Positions 51,502 through 60,559 of a DNA stretch of 64,000 nt are shown piece by piece (positions within the stretch are counted from its first letter, which is position 1; every line of letters starts with the position of its first letter). The notes beneath the pieces were generated by a model. The model did not search any database and had not been told where the DNA came from. It was given only the letters and a program-made list of their open reading frames with translations. Position numbers and translations under genes: made by a program. Source of the stretch: a virus (lineage: Duplodnaviria; Caudoviricetes); IMG/VR virus record IMGVR_UViG_3300036798_000504, positions 1,325-65,324 of that record; one strand, written 5' to 3'.

Positions 51502-52092
51502 TCAGCGGATGTGCCCGGCCAGCACGGCGCGTTCGATCTCCGTGAGGTCCCAGGCCGCGCAGACCACCCAGAGGTCGCTGCGGCCGATGCGGCGCAGCAG
51601 CAGCGGGTCCTTCGGCGGGATCGGCTGCCACTCCGCTTCGAAGAGGATGTGGTAGCTGGCCAGGGCGCGCTTCGGGCGCAGATGGATTGGCACCAGCGGC
51701 ACCTGGGCGCCGAAGTGGAGGTTGGTGCGCTTGGCGTCGGGGAAGCTGCCGGCCGGCATATCGACGTAGGTGCGCCAGTTGCGGTCCTTCGGCCACGCCG
51801 TCGTCGAGAAGCGCGCGCCGCCGTCCCGGGTCAGGTAGAGGTGGCACGTCTCGATGGGCTGGTCCGCATCGTCGGCGGCGCGGACGATGGCCAGCTTCGG
51901 CAGACCGTCCTTGTTCAGCCCGGCTTGGGCGATGCTGGCGATGGCGCGGATCACCACCTTGCCCTGGCCGAGCGCGGCGTAGGTCCGCTGAATCTCCAAA
52001 TCGATGGGGGTCGAGTAGTGCTGGTGCTCCCGGTACTTCCGGTAGAGCGCGCGTGCTTCCTCACGGTCGACGGTGATCTGCTCAGTTCGCAT
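51502..52092 (-). CDS. Conserved hypothetical protein
   Basis: HILFEAEW...DPLLLRRIG...WVVCAAWDLTEIE motif. Confidence 0.8.
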   Translation of the reverse strand: MRTEQITVDREEARALYRKYREHQHYSTPIDLEIQRTYAALGQGKVVIRAIASIAQAGLNKDGLPKLAIVRAADDADQPIETCHLYLTRDGGARFSTTAWPKDRNWRTYVDMPAGSFPDAKRTNLHFGAQVPLVPIHLRPKRALASYHILFEAEWQPIPPKDPLLLRRIGRSDLWVVCAAWDLTEIERAVLAGHIR

Positions 52093-52771
52093 GGTGGGTC
52101 TCCTCTAGCGCCGGCAGCAGCGCCATGACCTTGTTGGTAGCCTGCGACAGAGCGTCCAGCGACTCCATGCCTTCCAGCATGGCGACCTCCAGCAGCGCCG
52201 GCAGGCCGCTGTTCAGCGACTCGACGCACTCGGCATGCGTCGCCTCGCGGCCCTCCTTCCACCAGGACACCGCGTGCGGCGCGCCCAGTTCGAAGAGGAT
52301 GCCCTGGCCGCCAGCCATCGGCCGGAACGGCTTGGAGGCGTGCAGGCTCTCCCAGATCACCGAGACGCCGGGGTTGCGGTCGAGCGCGATGCCGGCCGCC
52401 TCGCGGCGCTCCTCGGGCAAGTTGCGGTCGTTGCGCTTGGCCCGCGGCCGGCTGAGGAACGGACAGGCCTGGACGGCGTAGCGCGCGCAGCGCGGGTGGC
52501 TGGCCGGCTCGCTGGTGATCCGGTTGATCGCGCACATCGGCCCGATCACCGAGGCCTTCACACGGCCAAGCTTGTTACCGCAGACCCAACAGCGCTGCTC
52601 GCGCACGGCGCGCAGGAACTTGCGGCTGTCGATCACCCGGTGGTCGGGCTTGTCGCCGGCAGGCCCGCAGTCGACGAACCACGGCACCACGAAGCCGCGC
52701 TCGTCGATCTGCAGCCGGTCGACCTCGGCCGGGCGGGGGATGTCGCGGATCGCGGCGTTGAGGTCAGGCAT
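52082..52771 (-). CDS. Cys/His metal-binding hypothetical protein
   Basis: CWVCG, EPASHPRCARYAVQACPFL; SD GGAGAGGG; overlaps at both ends. Confidence 0.8.
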   Translation of the reverse strand: MPDLNAAIRDIPRPAEVDRLQIDERGFVVPWFVDCGPAGDKPDHRVIDSRKFLRAVREQRCWVCGNKLGRVKASVIGPMCAINRITSEPASHPRCARYAVQACPFLSRPRAKRNDRNLPEERREAAGIALDRNPGVSVIWESLHASKPFRPMAGGQGILFELGAPHAVSWWKEGREATHAECVESLNSGLPALLEVAMLEGMESLDALSQATNKVMALLPALEETHHAN

Positions 52772-52952
52772 CGGCCCTCTCCGGTCGTTCATGCGTCACC
52801 ACCTCGGTGTCGCAGTCGTGGCAGAAGCCGGCGTCGTGGATCGACGCCACCTCCCATCGCTGCGCGCCCGCGTCCCAGGACGCCCAGGCGTCGCGCAGTA
52901 TGTTGTCGCCGCCGCAGCATCCGCAGATCACGAGCACTCTGCCCCCCGGCAT
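52764..52952 (-). CDS. Small zinc-ribbon protein
   Basis: CGCC...CHDC. Confidence 0.7.
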   Translation of the reverse strand: MPGGRVLVICGCCGGDNILRDAWASWDAGAQRWEVASIHDAGFCHDCDTEVVTHERPERADA

Positions 52953-52955
52953 GGT

Positions 52956-53150
52956 TCATCCCTCTTCCATCTCTTTGCGTCTGACTTCCTCGGCGGCGTC
53001 ACGCCGCTCGGCGAGTTCAAGCTGCTGGCTCCAGTAGATCGCGTAGACTCGGTTGCCGGCCGGCGCTGCCGCCAGCGCACGCTGGCAGCGCTCGACCGTG
53101 TGACCCGCGTCACTCGCCTCCAGTTTGTCGATCTCCGGTTTGCGCGGCAT
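52956..53150 (-). CDS. Hypothetical protein
   Basis: Fits the operon; ends in an SD-like GAGGGA for the next gene. Confidence 0.65.
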   Translation of the reverse strand: MPRKPEIDKLEASDAGHTVERCQRALAAAPAGNRVYAIYWSQQLELAERRDAAEEVRRKEMEEG

Positions 53151-53475
53151 CGTCTGCTCCGACTTTGAACTTCGTGATCTCCAGGCGCTCCCGCTGGTGC
53201 GGGATGACGCCTATGTCATATCCGATAATCCGAAGCGTCGCCTGCATCTTGCCGAGACGGGGTGCGTGCGTGGTCTTCTCGGCCCACTTCGTCAGAGTAG
53301 AGGGGTGGGGTCCGAGCTTGCCGTGGATGTCTTCGAAGGTCAGGTGGCTGTTCTTCACCAGTGACACCACGTCGTCGCGCAAGTCTTCGTAGGCCTCCAG
53401 CCGCTGTCGCTCGGCGTCGACGGCCTTGTCATGCTGTCGTTGCTCGCGGGCCTTATTGATGGGCTTCAAGGCCAT
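53110..53475 (-). CDS. XRE-like HTH DNA-binding protein
   Basis: LTFEDIHGKLGPHPSTLTKW...PRLGKMQATLRIIG HTH pattern. Confidence 0.65.
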   Translation of the reverse strand: MALKPINKAREQRQHDKAVDAERQRLEAYEDLRDDVVSLVKNSHLTFEDIHGKLGPHPSTLTKWAEKTTHAPRLGKMQATLRIIGYDIGVIPHQRERLEITKFKVGADDAAQTGDRQTGGE

Positions 53476-54501
53476 CTACTTGGTCTCCTTGGGGTTCAGG
53501 CGGGCGTGGAGGGCGACGAACTCCGATTCGAGCATCATCGCCATCTTGGGGTCGGCCTTGGCCAACTGGGCGCGCGCCGCGAGGTTGGCGTCGCTGTTCC
53601 AGCGGGTCTCCAGCGCCTCCAGTTCCACCCGGGTCTGGGTGGCTTCGAAGGCCTCGCGCACCTGCGCCACCCACTTCAGGGTGGGGTTGAGGCCGCTGGG
53701 CTGAGCCTTGAGGTCGACCTCCTCGGGCGGTTGGTCGGCCGGTTGGTCGGCCACCTCGACCACTTCCTCGGGCGGCGGCGCGTCGGCGACCTCGATCTCG
53801 GCGCCGTCGTCGGCGGCGATGTCGGCCTCCAGGAAGGCGCTCACCGTGGGCGGCTCCTCGGCGGTCACGTCGGTGAAGTCGGCGTCCAGCGCTTCCTCGC
53901 GCACCACGATGCCGCGGGTGATGTCCGAGCAGCCGTCGCGGATCGCCCAGGAGCGGGCGCGCATCTGCAGCATGCGCTTGGGGTAAGTGATCCAGGGGGT
54001 GTCCTGGCCCTCCTTGCCTTTCTTGTTCCAGAGCCCGGCCTTCTTGGCGTCCTCGACGCTGAACGAACGGGTGGTCGGCTCCTCGGCGTCGCCGGGCCGG
54101 GTGACCGTGCAGAAGGCGACGCGCGCGTCGCCCTCGCCCTCGTGCCACTCCTTCAGGCGCACGCCCCGGGCCTGCACGACGCCCAGCAGGCCGTCGCCCC
54201 ACATGGTCGGGCGGCCGTTGATGATGGCGATGGACTGCACCGCCTGGAACGGCGGCAGGCCCACCTCGGCGCCGGCCATGATCGCGGTCAGCACCTGCTC
54301 GGGGCGCTGCACGCCCTTGGGGGTCAGGCCCGAGCGGGCCATCGCCACCGCCAGCCTCCAGGCCTCGTCGATGGTGCGCGGCACAAGGCCGGCGACCGGC
54401 GCCCCGGCGCGGACCTCGGCGCCGGCGCGCACGGCGCGCCGGGTCGGCAGTTGCGGATCGCCCGCCTCGGGCGGCACGGCGGTTTCGTCAGACGGCGGCA
54501 T
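53476..54501 (-). CDS. recT: RecT-like single-strand annealing protein
   Basis: EAWRLAVAMARSGL...GAEVGLPPFQAVQSIAIINGRP...FSVEDAKKAGL...WITYPKRMLQMRA; adjacent to an exonuclease. Confidence 0.75.
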   Translation of the reverse strand: MPPSDETAVPPEAGDPQLPTRRAVRAGAEVRAGAPVAGLVPRTIDEAWRLAVAMARSGLTPKGVQRPEQVLTAIMAGAEVGLPPFQAVQSIAIINGRPTMWGDGLLGVVQARGVRLKEWHEGEGDARVAFCTVTRPGDAEEPTTRSFSVEDAKKAGLWNKKGKEGQDTPWITYPKRMLQMRARSWAIRDGCSDITRGIVVREEALDADFTDVTAEEPPTVSAFLEADIAADDGAEIEVADAPPPEEVVEVADQPADQPPEEVDLKAQPSGLNPTLKWVAQVREAFEATQTRVELEALETRWNSDANLAARAQLAKADPKMAMMLESEFVALHARLNPKETK

Positions 54502-55387
54502 ACTCTTGCTCCTCGATGCGGCGCTGGATGTAGTAGGGGGTCTGGATCGGCTGCGCGGGACCGTAGCCGGGCCACACGTTCGTCTCGACGCACCGGGCGA
54601 TTCCGTCAAGCAGGTCGCGGATGCGGCGTTTCGCCTGCATGATCTGGTCGGGCTCGGTGCGGTGGACGCTGACCGCGAACGGCGGCTTCTTCTCCTGGGC
54701 CACGAACCACATGCACGGGCGCATCTCGCCGGTCGCCGCGGCCACCACGTCGAGCGCCAGGGCGGCCTGCATGTCGTAGTCGTAGTTGAACACCGAGCGG
54801 CCGAACGCGCTGAACGAGCCGTCCTCGGTGGTCTTGTAGTCGACCAGCCCGCGGCCGGACGAGCCGGGCGTGAAGTCCGGTCGGGTCAGCATCCAGATGC
54901 CGGTGGCCTCGTCCTTGGCCATGAAGCTCATCTCGGGCAGGCCGTTCTGGAAGAGCTTGGTGGCGTCGGGGTCCTTGCGCAGCTTGTCGGCCATGCGCAG
55001 CAGCTTCGTCAGTTCCGCTTCCTTGATCGGCAGCGCGCCCGCGCCGAGGGTCGCGGCCTTCCACTCCTTGGCCTCCCCGGAGCGATACTCCGAGTACGGA
55101 CTGACGACGAACTGCTCGCCGAACAGTTCCGGCTGGAAGGCCAGCACGTGCGCCGCCTTGCCCAGCCGCAGCGCGTCGGTGTTCTCTTCCGGCGGCTCGC
55201 GGTCGGGGTTCCAGGCGCAGAAGGCCCAGAAGTGTTCCATGCTGCGCTCGGCGCGCGTGAGGCTGCCGGCGGTCACGAAGCGGCCGGCGACGGCCGGCTG
55301 CACGTGGCCGTGGTACACGTCGATGGGCACCCCGAGCCACGCGCCGGGCGTAGTGATCGTCGTGCCGGTGAAGCGGTAGGCCTTCAT
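54488..55387 (-). CDS. Exonuclease VIII / RecE-like PD-(D/E)xK nuclease
   Basis: ALRLGKAAH, PEMSF, TRPDF, VDYKTT, YDMQAALAL, FVAQEKKPPF motifs. Confidence 0.85.
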   Translation of the reverse strand: MKAYRFTGTTITTPGAWLGVPIDVYHGHVQPAVAGRFVTAGSLTRAERSMEHFWAFCAWNPDREPPEENTDALRLGKAAHVLAFQPELFGEQFVVSPYSEYRSGEAKEWKAATLGAGALPIKEAELTKLLRMADKLRKDPDATKLFQNGLPEMSFMAKDEATGIWMLTRPDFTPGSSGRGLVDYKTTEDGSFSAFGRSVFNYDYDMQAALALDVVAAATGEMRPCMWFVAQEKKPPFAVSVHRTEPDQIMQAKRRIRDLLDGIARCVETNVWPGYGPAQPIQTPYYIQRRIEEQEYAAV

Positions 55388-55875
55388 CAGGCGGCGTCCT
55401 TTCTGGCGACCAGGGTGGCGGTCGTCTCGCCCCACACCGCCATCCAACGACCGTTCAGCCGCTCGACCTCGACCCGGTGCTTCAGCTTGGCGCTCGCCTC
55501 GGTCGGCGCCCTGATCAGCATCCTCTGGCTGGTCCTGACGCCGCCGTCGGTGACGTAGTGGGTCTCGCACTCCCAGTCCTTGACCGGGGCTGTCTTCATC
55601 TCGGGCTTCCGGCCGGTGCGCGCGGCGATCAGCCTGTACAGCGCGTCGGTGCCCTCGGCCGTCTCCCGCGGGCCGAGAACCTGTAGCTGCGCTGTCGCGT
55701 AGAAGGTCACCTCGGCGTGGCCGAGCGGGGTGATGGTGACGCGCACCTTGCGGATGCTGTCGCGCGCACCGGGCGGCAGGATGAAGTGCGCCGTGTCGAC
55801 GAGCGGCGGGTCGCCTTCCGGGAGCGTCGCTCCGAACCCGGCAAGGACGGTGATGGCGGTGGCAAGGTCGATCAT
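55387..55875 (-). CDS. Hypothetical protein
   Basis: TGATG/ATGA coupled. Confidence 0.7.
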   Translation of the reverse strand: MIDLATAITVLAGFGATLPEGDPPLVDTAHFILPPGARDSIRKVRVTITPLGHAEVTFYATAQLQVLGPRETAEGTDALYRLIAARTGRKPEMKTAPVKDWECETHYVTDGGVRTSQRMLIRAPTEASAKLKHRVEVERLNGRWMAVWGETTATLVARKDAA

Positions 55876-55979
55876 GGCAGTGTACGGCTCCAGGTCAGAA
55901 GGGCGATCAGAGCGACGAAAGCGGCGGCGCTGATGCCGAGGAAGAAGAGGACGGGCCCCCAGAGGGACGGTTGTTTCAT
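55872..55979 (-). CDS. 35-aa single-TM peptide MKQPSLWGPVLFFLGISAAAFVALIALLTWSRTLP
   Basis: ATGA overlaps at both ends. Confidence 0.65.
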   Translation of the reverse strand: MKQPSLWGPVLFFLGISAAAFVALIALLTWSRTLP

Positions 55980-56155
55980 CCGTTCACGTCGCTTTCGGTC
56001 GTGAAGTCTGGGCATGCGTAGGGGCTCTCCGGGTCGCCGCGGGGTGTGTCTGCGAACTCCAGCGTCAGCCGCTTCTCGCAGCGCCGCAGCGGCCGGGGGC
56101 CTTGGGTGGGGATGATGCGCGGGTCGAGGTGGACGCAGTCGCCGCAGGTGTTCAT
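55976..56155 (-). CDS. Small Cys-rich protein
   Basis: CGDCVH...C...CPDF; ATGA coupled. Confidence 0.7.
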   Translation of the reverse strand: MNTCGDCVHLDPRIIPTQGPRPLRRCEKRLTLEFADTPRGDPESPYACPDFTTESDVNG

Positions 56156-56403
56156 CCGGGCGGCCTTCCCTGCATCGCCCAGCCGAGCCGACGCTGCGAC
56201 TCGGCCAGGGTGATCGCCGCGCGCAGGGCGGACGCCGGCTCCGACCAGCAGCGAGCTTGGTTGTAGTCGCTGCGGGCACGGCACTGGTTGGCCTTCTCGG
56301 CCCAGGTCTGGACGAGCGCCCGGGCGTCGTCCAGGTCGAGCCGGTGGGCGGGGACCGTGGTCTGGTCCCACACCTCACCCTCGCGCGCGTCGAACCTTCC
56401 CAT
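56152..56403 (-). CDS. Hypothetical protein
   Basis: SD AAGGAGGG; TGATG coupled. Confidence 0.7.
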   Translation of the reverse strand: MGRFDAREGEVWDQTTVPAHRLDLDDARALVQTWAEKANQCRARSDYNQARCWSEPASALRAAITLAESQRRLGWAMQGRPPG

Positions 56404-57689
56404 CACCCCTCCTTCGGGCCAGCGCTCATCGTGGCCTTGATGGCCTCGATTTCGGTGTTGACGGCGAGTAGCTCCTCGATGGCCTTGGCTTGCCGTTCGG
56501 TAGCCTTGGCCATCCGATTGGTCATGTCCCGGCGCCACTTGTCGAGAGCGATGTTGCCGGCATCGTTATCCGTGCCCTCGCCGTAGACGCGGCTGCGCTC
56601 CTCGACCACCCAGGCGGGCGGCACGTCGAGTTCGGCGGCGACCTTGGCGTCCGACCAGACGCCGGTGTAGCGACCGGCGCCTTCGGTCAGGTAGACCGCG
56701 TTCAGCTTCTCGTGGATGGCCAGCAGCTTGTCGCGGCTGGGGCGGGCAGGGGGGACGGCGGTGAGAGTGGGGCTCATAGGTTCCTCTGAGGTAGTGACGG
56801 CCGGCTCGACGGCCGTGGTGGTGGGGTTGGGATCGGCGCCTTCGGCCAGGACAGGTCTGTAGGCCTCCAGCACCTGCTGCAGGGCTGCCGCCCTCCCAGA
56901 GGGTTTCGGCGGCAGCGCCCAGCCGATCTCGTCGTCGGACGCCCAGACGATGAAGTCCCGGCCGATCTGTGGATCGCGGATGCCGCAAGCTCGCAGGTAG
57001 ACGCGGGCGATGTAGGCCGCGTCGCCGGGGTAGCGGTAGCCGGACAGCTTGCGCTTATACTGGCGCGCCGGCTTCGGCGGCGTCAGAAACTCGGGCAAGT
57101 TCAGCGGCTTGGGCGAGATCGGCAGCGAGCCGGTGCGGCCGGTGGCCTTCCACTTCACTTCCTGCGGCGGTCTGCTGCGCGGCGAGGCCGGTGGCTTGGG
57201 CGCGGGTGCGGGCGGCTCCACGTGTTGGGTGACATGGCCCAGGTGGCTGAGCGCCTCGGCCATGCGGTCGGGCTTCATCAGGTCGGGGTCGATGTTCTGG
57301 TGTCCCTCGCTGTTGTGCATCTCCAGCACACCGTTGGTGAGGCTGCTGTCGTTCAGTAGGTCGCGCCGGTTGGCGGTGTCGGGATGCTTGCGGGCCATCA
57401 CCGTGATGCCGCCGCCAAGCTCGCGCACCGACCGGCCGCCGAGCCCGCGGGGGCCCTGCGCGCAGGTGGGGCACTGATGGCGACCGGCGCGGTCGGCGAC
57501 CGACCACCCGCGGGACTTGAAGACGCGCCGGGCCCAGCCGGCGTTCTTGTCCTTCAGCGGCGTGTCGTCGGTCTTGCCGCAGGAGCGGCAGGTGATGGTG
57601 GCGAACGTGCGCCGGCCGCCGGGGGCGCCGCCCTCCAGTCGTGACTGGATGACGAAGCTGGCGTCTGCCGAGTGAGAGGCCGCGGTCAT
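56403..57689 (-). CDS. Zinc-ribbon-containing multidomain protein
   Basis: N-terminal CRSC...CPTC; C-terminal WSDAKVAAELDVPPAWV HTH-like domain and coiled coil. Confidence 0.75.
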   Translation of the reverse strand: MTAASHSADASFVIQSRLEGGAPGGRRTFATITCRSCGKTDDTPLKDKNAGWARRVFKSRGWSVADRAGRHQCPTCAQGPRGLGGRSVRELGGGITVMARKHPDTANRRDLLNDSSLTNGVLEMHNSEGHQNIDPDLMKPDRMAEALSHLGHVTQHVEPPAPAPKPPASPRSRPPQEVKWKATGRTGSLPISPKPLNLPEFLTPPKPARQYKRKLSGYRYPGDAAYIARVYLRACGIRDPQIGRDFIVWASDDEIGWALPPKPSGRAAALQQVLEAYRPVLAEGADPNPTTTAVEPAVTTSEEPMSPTLTAVPPARPSRDKLLAIHEKLNAVYLTEGAGRYTGVWSDAKVAAELDVPPAWVVEERSRVYGEGTDNDAGNIALDKWRRDMTNRMAKATERQAKAIEELLAVNTEIEAIKATMSAGPKEG

Positions 57690-57928
57690 GCGCGGTACTC
57701 CACGACAAACCGACGCCCGTAGGCCTCGACCGTCTCGGGCTGGCCGGCGGCCGCGTAGAGGGTCATCACGTGCATCCGCTCGGTGCGGTCGTGATGCAGC
57801 ATCCACGAACCGCGCGCGCCGGGCGTCGCGATCAGCGTGCCGTACTTGCCGCCCGCGGCCTCAACAGAGCCAGGGCGGGGACCGGACCAGGGCGGCGCCT
57901 CGGCCGCCCAGGGGATAGTCGTGGACAT
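57686..57928 (-). CDS. Hypothetical protein (first gene of the leftward operon)
   Basis: SD GGAGA; downstream of the leftward promoter. Confidence 0.7.
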   Translation of the reverse strand: MSTTIPWAAEAPPWSGPRPGSVEAAGGKYGTLIATPGARGSWMLHHDRTERMHVMTLYAAAGQPETVEAYGRRFVVEYRA

Positions 57929-57958
57929 CGGGATGTCTCCAGCGGTTGTGCTTCCACA

Positions 57959-57987
57959 TACCTATCGCGGTAGCCACGGGGTGTCAA
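57959..57987 (-). promoter_or_regulatory. Leftward early promoter
   Basis: TTGACA-CCCC...-17 nt-TAGGTA on the minus strand; same family as the repeated rightward promoters. Confidence 0.7.
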
Positions 57988-58009
57988 GCGCCATCCGCTT
58001 GGGGCATGA

Positions 58010-58048
58010 TTGTCGGGCATCCCCGCCCGTGGCATGATGCGCATCATG
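58010..58048 (+). promoter_or_regulatory. Rightward promoter with an operator palindrome
   Basis: TTGTCG-17-CATGAT; perfect palindrome CATGATGCGCATCATG at 58033-58048 over the -10 box. Confidence 0.65.
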
Positions 58049-58059
58049 GAAGGCCACAC

Positions 58060-58281
58060 ATGAAGACGTTCGCAGAGCAGATGGTCGTCTTCGACCGTCG
58101 GCGGAAGCGGGCCCGCATCCTCGACGAGGAACTGGCCAGCGAGTCGGGCGTCTCCTGCGCCACCATCTCCCGCTACCGGCACGGCCGCCAGCAGCCCTCG
58201 GTCGACCGCTGGGCGATCCTGCAGGAGGCGCTCGACCAGTTGATCAGCCGGCGCGCCACGGAACTGCGCAAGCTCGCCTGA
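58060..58281 (+). CDS. Cro/XRE-like HTH regulator
   Basis: LDEELASESGVSCATISRYRHGRQQPSVD HTH; first gene of the divergent rightward operon. Confidence 0.85.
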   Translation: MKTFAEQMVVFDRRRKRARILDEELASESGVSCATISRYRHGRQQPSVDRWAILQEALDQLISRRATELRKLA

Positions 58282-58823
58282 TGCCAAACCCCGCCGACCG
58301 CTTCGCCCGCTGGGGCTCCAGAGCATCCGGCCGCAAGGGCGGCGCGAAGGGCGCGACCAGGATCAGCGCCGGCGCCAAGCGGGCGACCCCCGAGGCCGAC
58401 TTCCAGGGCGCGGTGGTGAGCTATTTCAACTACGCGCTGCCGAAGGGCATCGAGTGGACGGCGACGCTGAGCGGCGCTCACCTCGGCGAGAACCAGCGTA
58501 TGATGGCCAAGCGTACCGGCCTGCGCCGCGGCATCAGCGACTTCGTCCTGGTCGCGCCAGCCCGCGGCGCCTTCTTCATGGAGGTGAAGCCGCCCAGGGG
58601 CCAGCGCAGCGGCGCCGGCGGCCACCGCCAGTACCGCGGCCTCACCGACGACCAGGAGCGCTGGGCCGCCGCGCTCGGCAAGCGCTGGCAGACCTGCCAC
58701 ACGCTGGAGGAGGTCGAGGCGGCGCTGATCCTCTGGGGCATCGAGCCGCGGTGCTCCATCGTCCAGGCGAATCGGTATGCGATGCAGGCTTCGCCGGAAC
58801 CGGACCCCGAACTCGACCTGTGA
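58281..58823 (+). CDS. VRR-NUC / PD-(D/E)xK nuclease
   Basis: EADFQ...GLRRGISDF...FMEVK...LTDDQERW. Confidence 0.8.
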   Translation: MPNPADRFARWGSRASGRKGGAKGATRISAGAKRATPEADFQGAVVSYFNYALPKGIEWTATLSGAHLGENQRMMAKRTGLRRGISDFVLVAPARGAFFMEVKPPRGQRSGAGGHRQYRGLTDDQERWAAALGKRWQTCHTLEEVEAALILWGIEPRCSIVQANRYAMQASPEPDPELDL

Positions 58824-59353
58824 TCTACCCCGATCCCGACACCCGCGCCGACTGGATGGACCTCGCCTGCATGTACAGGTGGCTGTACCGCTGCAGCCTG
58901 CAGGAGCGGCTGGCCACGCAGGCGGCCGACGTGTCGGAGTGGTTCCAGATCGGCGGGCCGGCCCGACGGCAGAGGGACCTGACCGCCGGGCCTCACACGC
59001 CAGTGTGGTCGCCGCAGGGATCGAGGAGATTAGCACCCGTGACGACAGAGCCGACCGTAGCTGAACCTGCAGGCGGGATCGAGGCCCCGCAACCCATGTT
59101 GGGCAGCCCGCTCGCCGGCCGGCCATCCGCGGTCAAGCAGATCATCATGCGGGTCTCGGCGCAGACCGGCGTCGAGGTCTCGCGGATCATGGGGAAGCGG
59201 CGGCGCTGGGCCGACGCCCAGGCCCGGCATCTCGCCGTGCGGCGCCTTGCCGCGATGCCGTGGTGCGGCAGCCACCCCAGCCCCCAGCAGATCGCGCAGT
59301 GGATGAACATGGAGCGCACCAGCGTCCTGCATGCTCTTGGACGAGGGGCTTGA
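58820..59353 (+). CDS. Protein with a C-terminal DnaA domain IV-like HTH
   Basis: IMGKRR...AQARHLA...SPQQIAQWMNMERTSVLHA parallels the DnaA RDHTTVLHA helix; GTGA coupled. Confidence 0.7.
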   Translation: MIYPDPDTRADWMDLACMYRWLYRCSLQERLATQAADVSEWFQIGGPARRQRDLTAGPHTPVWSPQGSRRLAPVTTEPTVAEPAGGIEAPQPMLGSPLAGRPSAVKQIIMRVSAQTGVEVSRIMGKRRRWADAQARHLAVRRLAAMPWCGSHPSPQQIAQWMNMERTSVLHALGRGA

Positions 59354-59378
59354 CACCCCTGATGCAAGCGCCTAGATA
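59344..59378 (+). promoter_or_regulatory. Early promoter/operator, copy 1
   Basis: AGGGGC-TTGAC-ACCCCT; TTGACA-17-TAGATA. Confidence 0.8.
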
Positions 59379-59418
59379 GGGTCCTGTCAGGGGCGACGAG
59401 CGTCCCAGAGGAGATGAC

Positions 59419-59682
59419 ATGACCAAGTTCGCCGACGGCCTGCCCGAGATGTGCTTCGTGCCGCACCCCTACGAGCCGAAGACCTTCATCTGCCTGACCC
59501 GCGGACAGGCCGGCTACAGCGCCACCACCGTCTACACGCAGGACCACGCCGACGCCCTGAACCGCAAGCTCGGCGGCGTCAGCAAGGCGCAGATCGCCGC
59601 GATGGAAGCCGGCTCGATGTTCGGCTGGCACGTCCCGGCCGCCGACCCGAAGCGCTACGACGCGAACGGGCGGTTCGCCTGA
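59419..59682 (+). CDS. Conserved hypothetical protein (GSMFGW family)
   Basis: LNRKLGGVSKAQIAAMEAGSMFGWHVPAADPKRYD; SD GAGGAG. Confidence 0.8.
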   Translation: MTKFADGLPEMCFVPHPYEPKTFICLTRGQAGYSATTVYTQDHADALNRKLGGVSKAQIAAMEAGSMFGWHVPAADPKRYDANGRFA

Positions 59683-59888
59683 TGGCCTGGAGCCCCAAGA
59701 CCAAGCCGACGCCGGCCAACATCCGCAAGCGGCTGCAGGCCGCGCTGGAGGCGCTGGAAGGCGCTGAGGCGCTCTGTGACGCGCACGGCGGCATGGCCAT
59801 GACAAAGACCGCCATCCACCGCGCCCAGTCCTGGGTGGGCCCTGGGCCGGGCAGCGCGATGGACCGCAGCAAGGGAGGGCGTCGATGA
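59682..59888 (+). CDS. Hypothetical protein
   Basis: TGATG coupled. Confidence 0.7.
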   Translation: MAWSPKTKPTPANIRKRLQAALEALEGAEALCDAHGGMAMTKTAIHRAQSWVGPGPGSAMDRSKGGRR

Positions 59889-60052
59889 TCGAACCCTCGG
59901 TCCCCGAGGCCGAGGCCGTGCTGGAGGCCGCCAGGGACACCCTGGCGGCCGCCCGGCGGGCCCACGACGCCGCCATGCTGGCGGTCGGCGAGGCCGCCCT
60001 GCGGGTGCGACAGGCGCGGCAGGCTGCCGCAGATCGGCGGCGGCTCAACTAG
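59885..60052 (+). CDS. 55-aa coiled-coil protein
   Basis: SD AGGGAGGG, ATG 59885, TAG 60050-52; not in the ORF track. Confidence 0.65.
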   Translation: MIEPSVPEAEAVLEAARDTLAAARRAHDAAMLAVGEAALRVRQARQAAADRRRLN

Positions 60053-60086
60053 GGGCTTGACGCCCCCGGTAGCCGCATGCGATACA
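60051..60086 (+). promoter_or_regulatory. Early promoter/operator, copy 2
   Basis: AGGGGC-TTGAC-GCCCCC; weaker -10. Confidence 0.7.
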
Positions 60087-60126
60087 CCACTTGTCGGGGC
60101 GGACGAGCCGCCCTAGAGGAGCCGAC

Positions 60127-60426
60127 ATGATCTACGACCCGATCTTCAACCCTTCGCCCGATATCGCCGCCATGCGCGAGCGCTCCCACGAGCGCGACCT
60201 CGCCGTCCACGGCCTGCACGGCGCGGTGATCGCCATCGTCAGCGGCGCCAAGTTCAGCGGCATCTCCAACGAGTTCCGCCTGCAGCAGTTGGCCGACGCG
60301 CTGGCCAACTGCGAGGCGCGCCAAGCGGCCGCCGAGGCGCGCTACGAGGCCGACATGGCCGCGTGGCGGGCCAAGCTCGCGGCCGACGCGCTGGCCGATC
60401 CCGAGAACGACCTCGCCGGCATCTGA
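60127..60426 (+). CDS. Hypothetical protein
   Basis: SD GAGGAG before ATG 60127. Confidence 0.75.
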   Translation: MIYDPIFNPSPDIAAMRERSHERDLAVHGLHGAVIAIVSGAKFSGISNEFRLQQLADALANCEARQAAAEARYEADMAAWRAKLAADALADPENDLAGI

Positions 60427-60559
60427 CCCACGACCGTGCGGCCCCGCGCGGGAGGTCTTCGTGACCAGGGGCTTTGCGCTGAACGCGCCCGAGGCGGGAG
60501 GGGGAAACCCCGGCCCGCCCGCGGCCGTGCAAGGGGATGAGCCCCTGATGGAGAACGAC

